A DNA stretch of 64,000 bases from Kiritimatiellia bacterium (GTDB taxonomy: Bacteria > Verrucomicrobiota > Kiritimatiellia > JAAZAB01): NCBI GenBank assembly GCA_040767085.1, contig JAXGPF010000008.1, positions 1 through 64,000 of the forward strand, read 5' to 3'. The translations under genes were made by a program, and so were the position numbers. The notes below the pieces were generated by a model, which saw only the letters and a list, made by a program, of their open reading frames with translations, did no database searches and had not been told where the DNA came from. This document shows positions 37,435 through 46,973 of this stretch, one piece after another; the first letter of the stretch is position 1, and every line of letters begins with the position of its first letter.

Positions 37435-39909
37435 ATGCGCATTTTTTTACAGATTATCTTCGCGGCCGCTTGCGCGGCATTGCTGGCGGCGGGATTCCAG
37501 CGCGGCTGGTGGCAGGCGCTGGCTGATATGCCGCCCGCCGGACGCCAGGTCTGGCAGCAGGGATTGTGGCCGGTACAGGACCAGGTGGCGGCGGAAATCG
37601 GCACGCGCGCCAAGGCTGCCGGCGCCACCCGCGAACAGCCGCTGCGGGTAGCCCTGCGCATGGATGGGTCCGCTATCCCGGGTTTGCGTTTCGCGCCGTT
37701 GCGTTCGGCGGACTGGGAGCGGATGCTGGAACGCGCGGAGGCGGCCGGCGGCGCTGTTGTCATGGTCGCACCGGATGCCGGGCCACCGCCCGATTTGTCA
37801 GTGGCGTTGATCTGGCAATCATATGCCCGGGGCGGAACTACCGACGAATTGACGGGCATGATCCGCTATCAATCCGCGGCGGACCGGGACGCGCCGGAAG
37901 CGTCCGGCGGGGCGGCTTTCCGGGCGGTATGTCCGGCGCATGGCCGGAATTGGTTTGTGCGGCCGGCACGGCAGTTGCCATGGTGGTGCATGCTGGCTGC
38001 GTTGGCAGCCATGGCCGCCGCCGGCGGCCTGGGGGTCTGGGCGGCCTGGCAGACGTTTACCGGCCAGTTTGACCGGTCATTCTGCATGAATGTCTGCGCG
38101 GGATTGACTTTGATCCTGTTTCTTATGTTGATGTTGACGGATATAGCGCCGGCTGGCTACGGCCAGTTCGGCATTCCACGCTGGAGCGTGCGGATTGCCG
38201 TAGACACCAGCGATGCGGTGCGTTTCCCGCTGCCTGATCAGGCGCTACGGCCGGATGCGCCCGGCACGGCGGCCGAGTCCGGCCCGGCGGCCGAGTCCGG
38301 CCCGGCGGCCGCGCCGGTGATGAACGATGTTGGCCGGTTTATGGAACAGAGCATCCGGCGCATTGCCCAGGCGGTGCATTCTGACAGCGCCCCGGCGGGC
38401 GCGGGATTCAAGGCCTGGCTGCGTTATACCTGGCAAAATCTGGGCCGGTCGCGCCTGCGTTCCGGGTTGTTGCATGCCTCGGAAACCGTGCGGATTTTTC
38501 ACGGATTGCCCTTGGCCGGCCTGGCGCAGGATGCGGCCGGACAAGCCCCCGGCACCGCATCGCTGGAGGGATTGCCGGACTTGCTGCGGGCCGGCCAGCG
38601 CGGCCAGGCGCCAGGCTTCTTCCTGCCCTGGGCGGCCATACCGCCCGGCGCGGACAACGAATTGATCGTGGCGTTTTGCACTGGCGAGCCTGCCTCGCCG
38701 CGCCAGGCGGAATGGTTGGCCGCGGAGCGCGCGCGGCTGCGCGCGGCGAAACCCGCGGGCTTGCGCGTGTTGACGGTGTTGCTGCCGGCCTGGCCGCGCA
38801 GCGACCATCATGGCTGGACCACGGCCGAGCGGCTGCGCAACGCGGCGGCGGTGAGCGATGCGGTTTTGGCAACATATCCGCTGGACGGGCAGGAAGCCGC
38901 GCCCGCCGGTTTGCCGGCGCCGGTCGCATGGCTGCGGGTGTTCTCTGCCGTGGGAACCAATCCGCCGGCGCCCAAAGCGGATTTGGATGCGGCGCGCTCC
39001 AGCCAGTTCCGCGCGGATGCCGGCCGGATACGCGCGGCGGCGGCGCGGATTGCCGAAAAGGTGCAGGGGTTGAGCGATGTGCGCAGCAGCGCGACTTTTC
39101 AAACGGCGCCGGCGGCGCTGATCCTGGGAGTATGCGCTGCGGCCGGACTGCTGCTTTTTTTGCGGCTGCAGCGTGAAATCCGGCTGCTGGATCGGCGCCG
39201 GCCGGCGGGCAACCTGGAATGGCTGGGCGCCTTGTGCGGCGGGGGCATGGGCATAGGCGCGGCCTTGCTGATCGCCTACATGGCGTCCGAACCGCTGCGT
39301 TGGCGCACGCTGACCAGCCCGGGTTTGGCGTTATGGGCCGTGGTGTGCCTGTGGTATGCGGCGGTCTGGCTGCCGATGCTGCTGGGACGCGGACTGGGAT
39401 TTTTGCCGGCGCCGGAAAAAATGCTGCGCGTGCGCCACCTGGCCGGATGGTTTGTGGCGTTGGCGGCGGCGGCTGGTTTGGCGGCCGGCGCCGGCGTCTG
39501 CTGGGCGCTGCTGACGGGCGGAGAACCGCCGGCCTGGGTGGCGTTAACCGGCATGGGCCTGACAGCGGCCGCCAGCCTGGCATTGGCCCTGCGCTACCAG
39601 TGGGTCAGTTTCTGGCGGCGGTCGCGCCGGCGCACCTGGGGCCTGGGCGCGGCCGGGCTGGCCCTGCTGATCGGGTTGCCGGTCTGGAGTATAGCGGGAG
39701 GCGAGGCCGGGACGTTGACGCCCTGGTGCTGGGCCGGAACTATCATGGCCGCATGCGCCCTGCCCGCCGCGGGCGCGTTGTCTGCCCGCTGGCGGTGGGG
39801 CCACCGCGGCCTCCGCCCGCAGCCCGGCCTGGGGTGGTCGGGGCTGGTTTACGGGTTGATAATCGGAGTGTTGGTCCCCCTGGCGCTGCTCTGCCCCTGG
39901 CCAAATTAG
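37435..39909 (+). CDS. Multi-pass membrane protein with a degenerate vWA-like domain (BatA/BatB-like layout)
   Basis: TM segments, then VRIAVDTSDA (DxSxS-like), ELIVAFCTGE and LRVLTVLL strands, then several C-terminal TM helices; upstream of MoxR. Confidence 0.6.
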   Translation: MRIFLQIIFAAACAALLAAGFQRGWWQALADMPPAGRQVWQQGLWPVQDQVAAEIGTRAKAAGATREQPLRVALRMDGSAIPGLRFAPLRSADWERMLERAEAAGGAVVMVAPDAGPPPDLSVALIWQSYARGGTTDELTGMIRYQSAADRDAPEASGGAAFRAVCPAHGRNWFVRPARQLPWWCMLAALAAMAAAGGLGVWAAWQTFTGQFDRSFCMNVCAGLTLILFLMLMLTDIAPAGYGQFGIPRWSVRIAVDTSDAVRFPLPDQALRPDAPGTAAESGPAAESGPAAAPVMNDVGRFMEQSIRRIAQAVHSDSAPAGAGFKAWLRYTWQNLGRSRLRSGLLHASETVRIFHGLPLAGLAQDAAGQAPGTASLEGLPDLLRAGQRGQAPGFFLPWAAIPPGADNELIVAFCTGEPASPRQAEWLAAERARLRAAKPAGLRVLTVLLPAWPRSDHHGWTTAERLRNAAAVSDAVLATYPLDGQEAAPAGLPAPVAWLRVFSAVGTNPPAPKADLDAARSSQFRADAGRIRAAAARIAEKVQGLSDVRSSATFQTAPAALILGVCAAAGLLLFLRLQREIRLLDRRRPAGNLEWLGALCGGGMGIGAALLIAYMASEPLRWRTLTSPGLALWAVVCLWYAAVWLPMLLGRGLGFLPAPEKMLRVRHLAGWFVALAAAAGLAAGAGVCWALLTGGEPPAWVALTGMGLTAAASLALALRYQWVSFWRRSRRRTWGLGAAGLALLIGLPVWSIAGGEAGTLTPWCWAGTIMAACALPAAGALSARWRWGHRGLRPQPGLGWSGLVYGLIIGVLVPLALLCPWPN

Positions 39910-40038
39910 CAGCAATAGATTACCGCGCGCCATTCCAGCAGCAGGACTGCGTCATTCTCGGAAAAGACGGCTCGGTACGGCTTGCCCTACATAGCTTCAG
40001 CGAAGTCCGTCAAAGCCGGACGCAGCCCGCAGGGAGAC

Positions 40039-40388
40039 CTCGCCCTACCATTGCATAAACATTTGCCATGGGTAGGGCGAGACCTCGCTCAAAGCGGGGT
40101 AAACCTCCGGCTTGTCCCGCCTGGAGCGGGAGCGAGCCGCTGAACATGACGCAGCCCGTTCCAGGAGAGGGCAAATAAATTCCTCCGTGACAGTGCCGCC
40201 CGTTCGTGGTAATAATATCAAGCGCGTTAACGCCAGCGCTGACGCCCGCCGGCAGAGCATCGCGCGGGCCGCTTCCGGCATAATTTAATGTATGGGAATT
40301 TCAATCTTAGGTAGGGCGCGCAGTGCCGCCAGCGCGGCCCGCGCCTTGCGCGCCGTCCGGAAGCGGCCAAGGGACTGGCCGCCCTACC
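40039..40388. repeat. Cluster of GTAG-type REP-like elements
   Basis: CTCGCCCTACC (40039-40049) / GGTAGGGCGAG (40071-40081); GGTAGGGCG (40310) ... CGCCCTACC (40388). Confidence 0.7.
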
Positions 40389-40456
40389 AAAAACAGTTTG
40401 GAAAAAAAGTCGTTCGGCGGCGGCCGCCGACCTAACTTGAACGAAAGAAATTTTCA

Positions 40457-42067
40457 ATGCCAACGTTTTTACAGCAGCTTTGCCGGCTGGCCCGGGAGAC
40501 GCCGGCGTCGGATTTGCCGGTCCCGGAATGCCGGGATTTGCTGCGCCGGCTGTTCGAGCAGATGCGGTCGGACGGCGAGTCGTCCGAACTGGCGCGGATG
40601 AAGGGCTTGCGCATCATCGGCCAGGATGCGCTGATCGAGCGCGCAATCATGACCCTCGTCATGAACGAACATCTCCTGCTGGAAGGGCTGCCCGGCGTGG
40701 CCAAAACGCAGGCGGTGAAATTCCTGGCGGATGACACCGGCATGGTGTACCTGCGGGTGCAGTTCCTGCCGGACATGCTGCCGTCGGACCTGATCGGCAA
40801 GAGCGCGTTCGACGTCCGCGCGCTCCAGGCGGTCGCGCAGGCTGCCGTCCCGGAGGCGGTGGACGTGGAGCATTGGCATAATGGTCCGCTGTTCGCCAAC
40901 CTGCTCGTGGCGGACGAGATCAACCGCGCGCCATCCAAGGTCCAGGCGGCGCTCCTGGAGGCCATGGGCGAGCGGCAGATTACACCGCTGGGCCACAGCA
41001 CGCATGTCATCCGTTCGAATCGCGAGTGGGAGATGTGGCTGCGGCATATCCGCGCGCTCGAAATCCAGCAAATCGTCGCGGGCGACATCTGGGGCCGGTA
41101 TGCCGACGGCATCGGCCGCCAGCCGCCGGACGAATTGACAGCCGCGCTGCTGCAGCCCGCCGTCAGGGCCCTGTGCAATCAGCGTTTCGAGCGGTTTGGC
41201 CCGGATTTCCCCTTCGGCCGGCATGGCTGGCGCGATCCGGCGCCGCTGTTTGGCGCCACGGGCATTACCCTGGATTCCGGCGTGGACGCCCAGTTCACCG
41301 TGTTTGCCACGCAGAATCCCATCGAGCAGGCCGGCACCTATCCCATGAGCGAGGCCCAGGTGGATCGTTTCAATATGAAACATTCCGTGCCGTATCCCGA
41401 TCACGCCAGCATGCTGGCCATTACCAGGATGATCAACCGGCCCCGCCGGCAGCAGGATCCCGACCTGGCCTTCACCCTGCCGCCCGAATTGGAGCGTACG
41501 CCCGCCCAGCGCGCCCAGCGCGACCTGGCCATCCGGGCTTCGCTTTACTTTTTCCGGCGCTGCCGCGAATTGCTCTACGGTCCGCCCGGCCGCATTGACG
41601 GCAGCGCGCTGGCGGAGTTGCTGTCGGATGCCGCGACGGCGCCGCGCGGGCCGGCCGGCAAGATGCTGCGCCTGGTGTTTTATACCCACTTGAAACTGAC
41701 CCGCACGACCCGGCCCTCGGAAGCCCTGTCGCTGTTGTGCGATCGCGAGCAGCAGGACCGCCTGCGCTGGCTGTACCGCGATCCGGCATTGCGCGACGAT
41801 TTGCGCGTGCTGACGCGCAGCGAGGTGTTCGAATACATCAACAGCGGCGCCAGCCCGCGCGGCATGCTCAGCCTGGCGCGCACCAGCCTGGCGCGCGCCT
41901 TTTTGCATGGCGGCGGTCCACAAATCGCCGTGTCGGACGGCGACATCCGCGCCGTGGCGGAAAACGTTCTCGGCCACCGCGTCCGCCTGAATTCCCAGGC
42001 GCGCGTCCGCGATTTGAACGCCCGCAAGCTTTTGGAAGCGCTCATGGAACAGGTTTTGGAGCATTAG
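40457..42067 (+). CDS. MoxR-family AAA+ ATPase with large insertions
   Basis: IIGQ, LLEGLPGVAKT Walker A, RVQFLPDMLPSDLIG, ADEINRAPSKVQAALLEAMGERQIT, ATQNPIEQAGTYPMSEAQVDRF, GASPRG, VLGHRV. Confidence 0.95.
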   Translation: MPTFLQQLCRLARETPASDLPVPECRDLLRRLFEQMRSDGESSELARMKGLRIIGQDALIERAIMTLVMNEHLLLEGLPGVAKTQAVKFLADDTGMVYLRVQFLPDMLPSDLIGKSAFDVRALQAVAQAAVPEAVDVEHWHNGPLFANLLVADEINRAPSKVQAALLEAMGERQITPLGHSTHVIRSNREWEMWLRHIRALEIQQIVAGDIWGRYADGIGRQPPDELTAALLQPAVRALCNQRFERFGPDFPFGRHGWRDPAPLFGATGITLDSGVDAQFTVFATQNPIEQAGTYPMSEAQVDRFNMKHSVPYPDHASMLAITRMINRPRRQQDPDLAFTLPPELERTPAQRAQRDLAIRASLYFFRRCRELLYGPPGRIDGSALAELLSDAATAPRGPAGKMLRLVFYTHLKLTRTTRPSEALSLLCDREQQDRLRWLYRDPALRDDLRVLTRSEVFEYINSGASPRGMLSLARTSLARAFLHGGGPQIAVSDGDIRAVAENVLGHRVRLNSQARVRDLNARKLLEALMEQVLEH

Positions 42068-42092
42068 CCGCGCCGCCGGAAATTCTGCAACC

Positions 42093-43136
42093 ATGCACGG
42101 ATACAGCTTGATGCGAACGCCATCTCCAGGCCAGTTATTGGAAGCCAACCGCGCGGCCCTGCGCCTGGCTAATGACGAGATTGCGCTCTACGCCGGCGAA
42201 TTGGCCCATCATTTTCTGGCCGGCTGCTTCCCGACCATGATGTACGTCGAGCGCTCTTCGGAGGTAGCCGAGCCCGGCCCGTTCGATCTGAGCATGGAGC
42301 CGGAACGCCTGGAAACCCGCCGCATGACCGCCCGGCACTGGCAGCGGTTTGACCTCTCCCTCATCAGCGGCGACTTGCTGGCCCGGCGGTACGTGCGGGA
42401 ACTGGAATATGAATTCGTGCTGGTGCTGGATATCAGCCGGTCGCTGACCGGCGGCTGGCTGGCCAGCGTGGCCGCGGGCAATTGGCGCGGGGATATCTGC
42501 TACCGCTTGAAGTACCTGGCCTGCGCGCTTTTGAATTCGGCGGTGGCCCAGGATTTCGCCTGCCGGGTGGTGTTTGTGGACCAGGGCCGCACCAGCGAAT
42601 TGTCGGCCCGGGACGACGAAGCCATTGCCTATGCCGTGCTGGAACAGATGGATGAATTGATTGCCTTGCGGCCCGATCCGCCCGAGCGGCTCTGGCTGCT
42701 GGAGGGCGTGCTGCAGGAACTGGCCGCGTCGCCCGCCAACCTGCTGGTGGCCGTGGTCTCGGATTTCCTCGATCCGGCCCAGGATCATGGCGGGAACGAG
42801 GAATTGATGCTCAGCGCCCTGTCGCGGCTGAGGCATGGCAAGCGCCTGATGGCGCTCCAGGTCAACCGCGAACGCGATCTGCATCAAAGCCGGCTGCACC
42901 CGGAATCGCCGGCCGACCTGACTGGCCGGGAAGAAGTCAGCCGGCGCAAATTTTCGCTGGTGGAGACGGCGGAACGCCGCGCGCGCTATTGCCGGTGGCT
43001 GGGCGGCGCCGACGGCGGCGCCGGCCGCCTGGAAACCCACCTGGCCACGGAAAACGTGCCTTTTCAGAAATTTTTCAGGCCGGACGATATCAATGCGCGC
43101 CTGGAAGAATTGGCCTGCGCCGTGTTGCAGGTATAG
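42093..43136 (+). CDS. Divergent DUF58 / vWA-fold MoxR partner protein
   Basis: RRYVRELEYEFVLVLDISRSL MIDAS motif, VAVVSDFLDP; immediately follows the MoxR gene. Confidence 0.8.
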   Translation: MHGYSLMRTPSPGQLLEANRAALRLANDEIALYAGELAHHFLAGCFPTMMYVERSSEVAEPGPFDLSMEPERLETRRMTARHWQRFDLSLISGDLLARRYVRELEYEFVLVLDISRSLTGGWLASVAAGNWRGDICYRLKYLACALLNSAVAQDFACRVVFVDQGRTSELSARDDEAIAYAVLEQMDELIALRPDPPERLWLLEGVLQELAASPANLLVAVVSDFLDPAQDHGGNEELMLSALSRLRHGKRLMALQVNRERDLHQSRLHPESPADLTGREEVSRRKFSLVETAERRARYCRWLGGADGGAGRLETHLATENVPFQKFFRPDDINARLEELACAVLQV

Positions 43137-43140
43137 ACCG

Positions 43141-43195
43141 TTCCTTCCAAACATGATACATTTCACGTAGCAAAATGTGTCGTGTCTGGAAAGAA
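43141..43195 (+). repeat. Hairpin homologous to 36995-37051
   Basis: ACATGATACATTT-CACGTAGCA-AAATGTGTCGTGT with G-U pairs on the plus strand. Confidence 0.65.
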
Positions 43196-43260
43196 TAAGT
43201 AATACCAAATGCAACCATGAGATTTTATTTAATAATATTACTGAATGATGATAAGACAGT

Positions 43261-43564
43261 GCGGGGTGGCGCAGGTATCAGGCAATTTTCATGCGTAGCG
43301 CGGCGCGAAGCATGATGCATGCGTGGTTTGAATTCGGGCGCCCGCAGGGATTCGAAAAGACAAGGCAAGCTTGCCCCAGATGCGGGCGCTCCGGGAGCGG
43401 GGCTAACCTCGTGGTTGCCCCGCTTCCGGGAAGCCCGCCCGCAGGGACGCCCCTCAGCGGGCGGCAGATGGGGCAAGATCGCCGCCGTCCTTTTCGAACC
43501 GAATTCAAACCACAACGGTGGAGAGGGAGAAAGCATGAATTGGGCTGAGGGCAAAGCCCGCCTT
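43261..43564 (+). repeat. Structured repeat element copy C (full-length core)
   Basis: Core 43322-43513 with nested stems and a GCTAACCTCGTGGTTGC apical hairpin; flanks homologous to copy B. Confidence 0.82.
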
Positions 43565-43574
43565 AGGAGCGCTT

Positions 43575-43985
43575 ATGTTTAAAGTCTTGAATCCATACAT
43601 GCTGGTCGCGGTGGACGCAATCCCGATCACCGACATTCAACCCGGGCCGACGCCGGAAAAGACCTTCGTCTATCTCGATCCGCGGCGGGAGGAGAATCAG
43701 GGGCGGACGGAATTGCGGGTGGCCTGGCCGGAATTCTGCACCATCCATTTCAAGGCCAGGGTCAACAAGCGCGAGCGGATTGTGACGGTGCCGGACGTGC
43801 TGCTGGAATATCTGGCCTGGTTGAACAAGGAACTGGGCGGATGGAAATCCCTGCCGCCCCGGCCGTGGGATCCGGATTCCGCCGTCGGGCGCTGGTTTTC
43901 GCCTTACCTGCGGGTGTCCAGTATGGAAGAATTGCGCCAGGGTTTGGCCGCCGATATGGCCTTGCTGCGCAGCATGCGCCGCTGA
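43575..43985 (+). CDS. Hypothetical protein
   Basis: AGGAG RBS, typical codon usage, 7 bp upstream of the next gene. Confidence 0.75.
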   Translation: MFKVLNPYMLVAVDAIPITDIQPGPTPEKTFVYLDPRREENQGRTELRVAWPEFCTIHFKARVNKRERIVTVPDVLLEYLAWLNKELGGWKSLPPRPWDPDSAVGRWFSPYLRVSSMEELRQGLAADMALLRSMRR

Positions 43986-43992
43986 TTTAACC

Positions 43993-45678
43993 ATGGGCAA
44001 AAATCGTTCATCGCAGCTTTACGACGCGCGGCAGCCGCCGCCGAAAATCGAACTGGATCGGGCTTTGCGCCCGGAGGAAGTGCCCGCCGCGCCGCCGCCG
44101 CGCCCGCCGCCGCGCCGCCGGCGGGCCGGACTGGCCGCGGCGCTGGCGCTGGCGCTGGCGGCCGGCGCGGGATATGGTCTCTGGCGCGCGCTCCGGACGG
44201 AATCCGCGCCGGACGCGCCGCCGGCGATTGCCCGCAAAACATCCCCTCCGCCCGCGAAGTTGCCGTTGCCGGCCGTGATTCCCGCCGCGTTGTCGGTCAC
44301 CGGGGCGCCGGCCAAGGCGGCGCGCCCCGGGCTGCTCCGGCATGGCGCATTGCGGCTGGCGGTGTCGGCGCCGGCACATGCGCAAGCCTACCTGGCCGCC
44401 ATTGAAAAAAGCGTGTGGGCGCGCCCGTTGTTCGCCAAGTCGGAGCTTCAGCCGGAACAGGAAGCCTGGCTCAGCATCAGGGAATTGCCCTGCATTTTGA
44501 CGAATCTGCCCGCCGGGTCGGCGGAGGTCGCCATCCGCATTTCGGGTTTTGACGTGGAAACGCCGGCCCGCCGCGTGCTGATTCCGGTGGGCGCGACCGC
44601 GGAAGTGGATTTTGCCGCCAGCCCCCGTCCGGCGACCCTGGCGGTGGATTGCAATGTCAAGCATGCCTCGATCGCATTGCAGGTTGCCGGGGAGGAGGAA
44701 ACCTTGCCGGTGTCGGTCAATGATTTAAAGCAGCCCGTGGCGGAAGTGCCGGCCTTGCGGCCGCTGCTGCTGAATGTGAGCGCGCCGGGGTACCTGCCCG
44801 AGACCATGGAACTCGCCGGGCTGGAACCGGATTTTTTCAACATCCAGAAGATCGTGCTGAAACCTGAGCCGCCGTTGGAACCACGGCGCAAGGCGGCGCC
44901 GCGGTACCGCCCCGAGCCGCCCTTGTTCCTGGACCTGGGCGGCGGGGTGACGATGGAATTAGTCTGGATTCCCCCGGGCGAATTCATCATGGGCAGCCCT
45001 GGCGCCGAACTGGGACGTTACGCCGATGAAGGCCCGCAGCATCTGGTGGAAATTACGCAGGGATTCTGGATGGGCCGATACGAAGTGACGCAGGCGCAGT
45101 GGCGGCAGGTCATGGACGCCAATCCCAGCCGGCAGCAGGATGCCGGCCATCCCGTCGAACAGGTGAGTTGGAAAGATTGCGCGGTGTTTCTCGATAAACT
45201 GGGGACGACGGTCAAAAAATGGCCGGATCAGCCGCTGGCATTCGCGCTGCCGTCGGAGGCGGAATGGGAGTACGCCTGCCGGGCGGGCACGGAGACCGCC
45301 CTCAACCATGGCGCGGAGTTGACCTCGCTCATGGGCCGCTGTCCGCGACTGGATCGGGTGGCGTGGTACTACAGTCCGAACAGCGATGCCCGGACACATC
45401 CGGTGGGGCGCAAGGAAGCCAACGCCTGGGGCTTATACGACATGCTGGGCAATGTCTGGGAATGGTGCCGCGACGGCAAGCGCATCTATGATCCGCTCCG
45501 GCAGACCGATCCGGAAGGCAAAAGCGAGGTGCGCGTGTCACGCGGCGGCAGCATGGGCGATTATGCCAGATTCTGCCGTTCCGCGACGCGCTATGCCCTG
45601 GTGCCGGCCGACAAGAATTTTTATCTCGGCTTGCGCGTGATTGCCCGCGCGCGTCCGGCGGACAAGGCTCGGAAATGA
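43993..45678 (+). CDS. Membrane-anchored FGE/SUMF1-domain protein with PEGA-like beta domains
   Basis: Pro-rich N-terminus, one TM helix, beta-rich middle; WIPPGEFIMGS, YEVTQAQW, LPSEAEWEYACRAG, GLYDMLGNVWEWC, RGGS. Confidence 0.92.
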   Translation: MGKNRSSQLYDARQPPPKIELDRALRPEEVPAAPPPRPPPRRRRAGLAAALALALAAGAGYGLWRALRTESAPDAPPAIARKTSPPPAKLPLPAVIPAALSVTGAPAKAARPGLLRHGALRLAVSAPAHAQAYLAAIEKSVWARPLFAKSELQPEQEAWLSIRELPCILTNLPAGSAEVAIRISGFDVETPARRVLIPVGATAEVDFAASPRPATLAVDCNVKHASIALQVAGEEETLPVSVNDLKQPVAEVPALRPLLLNVSAPGYLPETMELAGLEPDFFNIQKIVLKPEPPLEPRRKAAPRYRPEPPLFLDLGGGVTMELVWIPPGEFIMGSPGAELGRYADEGPQHLVEITQGFWMGRYEVTQAQWRQVMDANPSRQQDAGHPVEQVSWKDCAVFLDKLGTTVKKWPDQPLAFALPSEAEWEYACRAGTETALNHGAELTSLMGRCPRLDRVAWYYSPNSDARTHPVGRKEANAWGLYDMLGNVWEWCRDGKRIYDPLRQTDPEGKSEVRVSRGGSMGDYARFCRSATRYALVPADKNFYLGLRVIARARPADKARK

Positions 45679-45707
45679 GTTGGGCGGCATTGCCGCCGGC
45701 CGGTCGG

Positions 45708-46925
45708 TCAGCGCATATGGGCGATGATGTTGTCCGCGAATTCAGAGCACATGATGGCGGTTGCGCCTTCCATCAAGCGCGCGAAGTCATAAGTCACGCG
45801 TTTGGATGCGATGGCGCCGGCCAGGCCGGTTTCAATCATGTCCGCCGGATCGGTCCAGCCCAGATACCGCAGCATCATTGCCCCGGATAAAATCACCGAG
45901 CCGGGATTGACCTTGTCCAGGTTGGCGTATTTCGGCGCGGTGCCGTGGGTGGCTTCGAACACGGCATGGCCGGTGACGTAGTTGATGTTGCCGCCCGGCG
46001 CGATCCCGATGCCGCCCACCTGGGCCGCCAGGGCGTCGGACATGTAGTCGCCGTTCAAGTTCAGCGTGGCGATCACATCGAATTCTTCCGGCCGGGTCAG
46101 GATTTGCTGGAGGAAGATGTCGGCGATGACGTCCTTGATCAGAACCTGGCCGGGCGGGACCTGGCCCTGGCACTCCTCCCAACTGACTGCCTTGCCGGCA
46201 TATTCCTCGCGAGCCAGTTCATAGCCCCAGCGCATGAACGCGCCTTCGGTGAATTTCTGGATGTTGCCCTTGTGCACCAGGGTGACGGATTTGCGGTTGT
46301 TCCGCAAGGCGTATTCAATGGCCGCCCGCACCAGCCGCCGGGAACCGGTGCGGGAAACCGGCTTCAGGCCCAGGCCGGAATCCGGCCGGATGTCCCAGTT
46401 GAATTTTTGCTTCAGGAATTCCAGCAGGGCCGCGGCTTCGGGCGAGCCGGCCGGGACTTCCCGGCCGGCGTAAACATCTTCCGTGTTCTCGCGGAAAATC
46501 ACCATGTCCACCTTTTCCGGACGCTTGACGGGGGAGGGGGTGCCCGGGAAATAACGCACCGGGCGCAGGCAGACATAAAGATCCAGCGCCTGACGGAGCG
46601 CCACGTTCAGGCTGCGGATGCCGCCGCCCACCGGGGTGGTCAACGGGCCCTTGATGCCTACCAGGCACTCCCGGAACGCCTCCAGGGTGGCCGCGGGCAG
46701 CCAGTCGCCGGTCCGATCGAATGCCTTCTGGCCGGCCAGCACTTCCCGCCAGGCGATTTTTCTGGCGCCGCCGTAGGCCGCGGCGACGGCTGCGTCCAAG
46801 ACGCGGACCGCGGCGCGCCAGATGTCCGGGCCGATGCCGTCGCCTTCGATAAAAGGAATCACCGGATGATCGGGCACTTCCAGGCCGCGTGCGCCCATCC
46901 GGATTTTTTGTGCTTTAGTTGGCAT
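45708..46925 (-). CDS. icd: NADP-dependent isocitrate dehydrogenase
   Basis: [50 protein letters not shown]. Confidence 0.98.
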   Translation of the reverse strand: MPTKAQKIRMGARGLEVPDHPVIPFIEGDGIGPDIWRAAVRVLDAAVAAAYGGARKIAWREVLAGQKAFDRTGDWLPAATLEAFRECLVGIKGPLTTPVGGGIRSLNVALRQALDLYVCLRPVRYFPGTPSPVKRPEKVDMVIFRENTEDVYAGREVPAGSPEAAALLEFLKQKFNWDIRPDSGLGLKPVSRTGSRRLVRAAIEYALRNNRKSVTLVHKGNIQKFTEGAFMRWGYELAREEYAGKAVSWEECQGQVPPGQVLIKDVIADIFLQQILTRPEEFDVIATLNLNGDYMSDALAAQVGGIGIAPGGNINYVTGHAVFEATHGTAPKYANLDKVNPGSVILSGAMMLRYLGWTDPADMIETGLAGAIASKRVTYDFARLMEGATAIMCSEFADNIIAHMR

Positions 46926-46973
46926 GATGCTCCCGCTGTAACGTTTTCGTTTCCCATCAACACGGACATGAAA

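Noticed and set aside
41005-41293. Intein in MoxR
   Set aside because: No N-terminal Cys/Ser block and no His-Asn followed by Cys/Ser/Thr at the junctions
30221-43513. Riboswitch interpretation of the structured repeat
   Set aside because: Not adopted: copy D is antisense to its neighbours, two copies are within TSD-bounded MITEs, and no known aptamer consensus is recognisable; a secondary regulatory role is not excluded
43575-43985. Faint resemblance to a tyrosine recombinase core (KRERIVTVPD)
   Set aside because: No HxxR or catalytic Tyr region; similarity too weak to call
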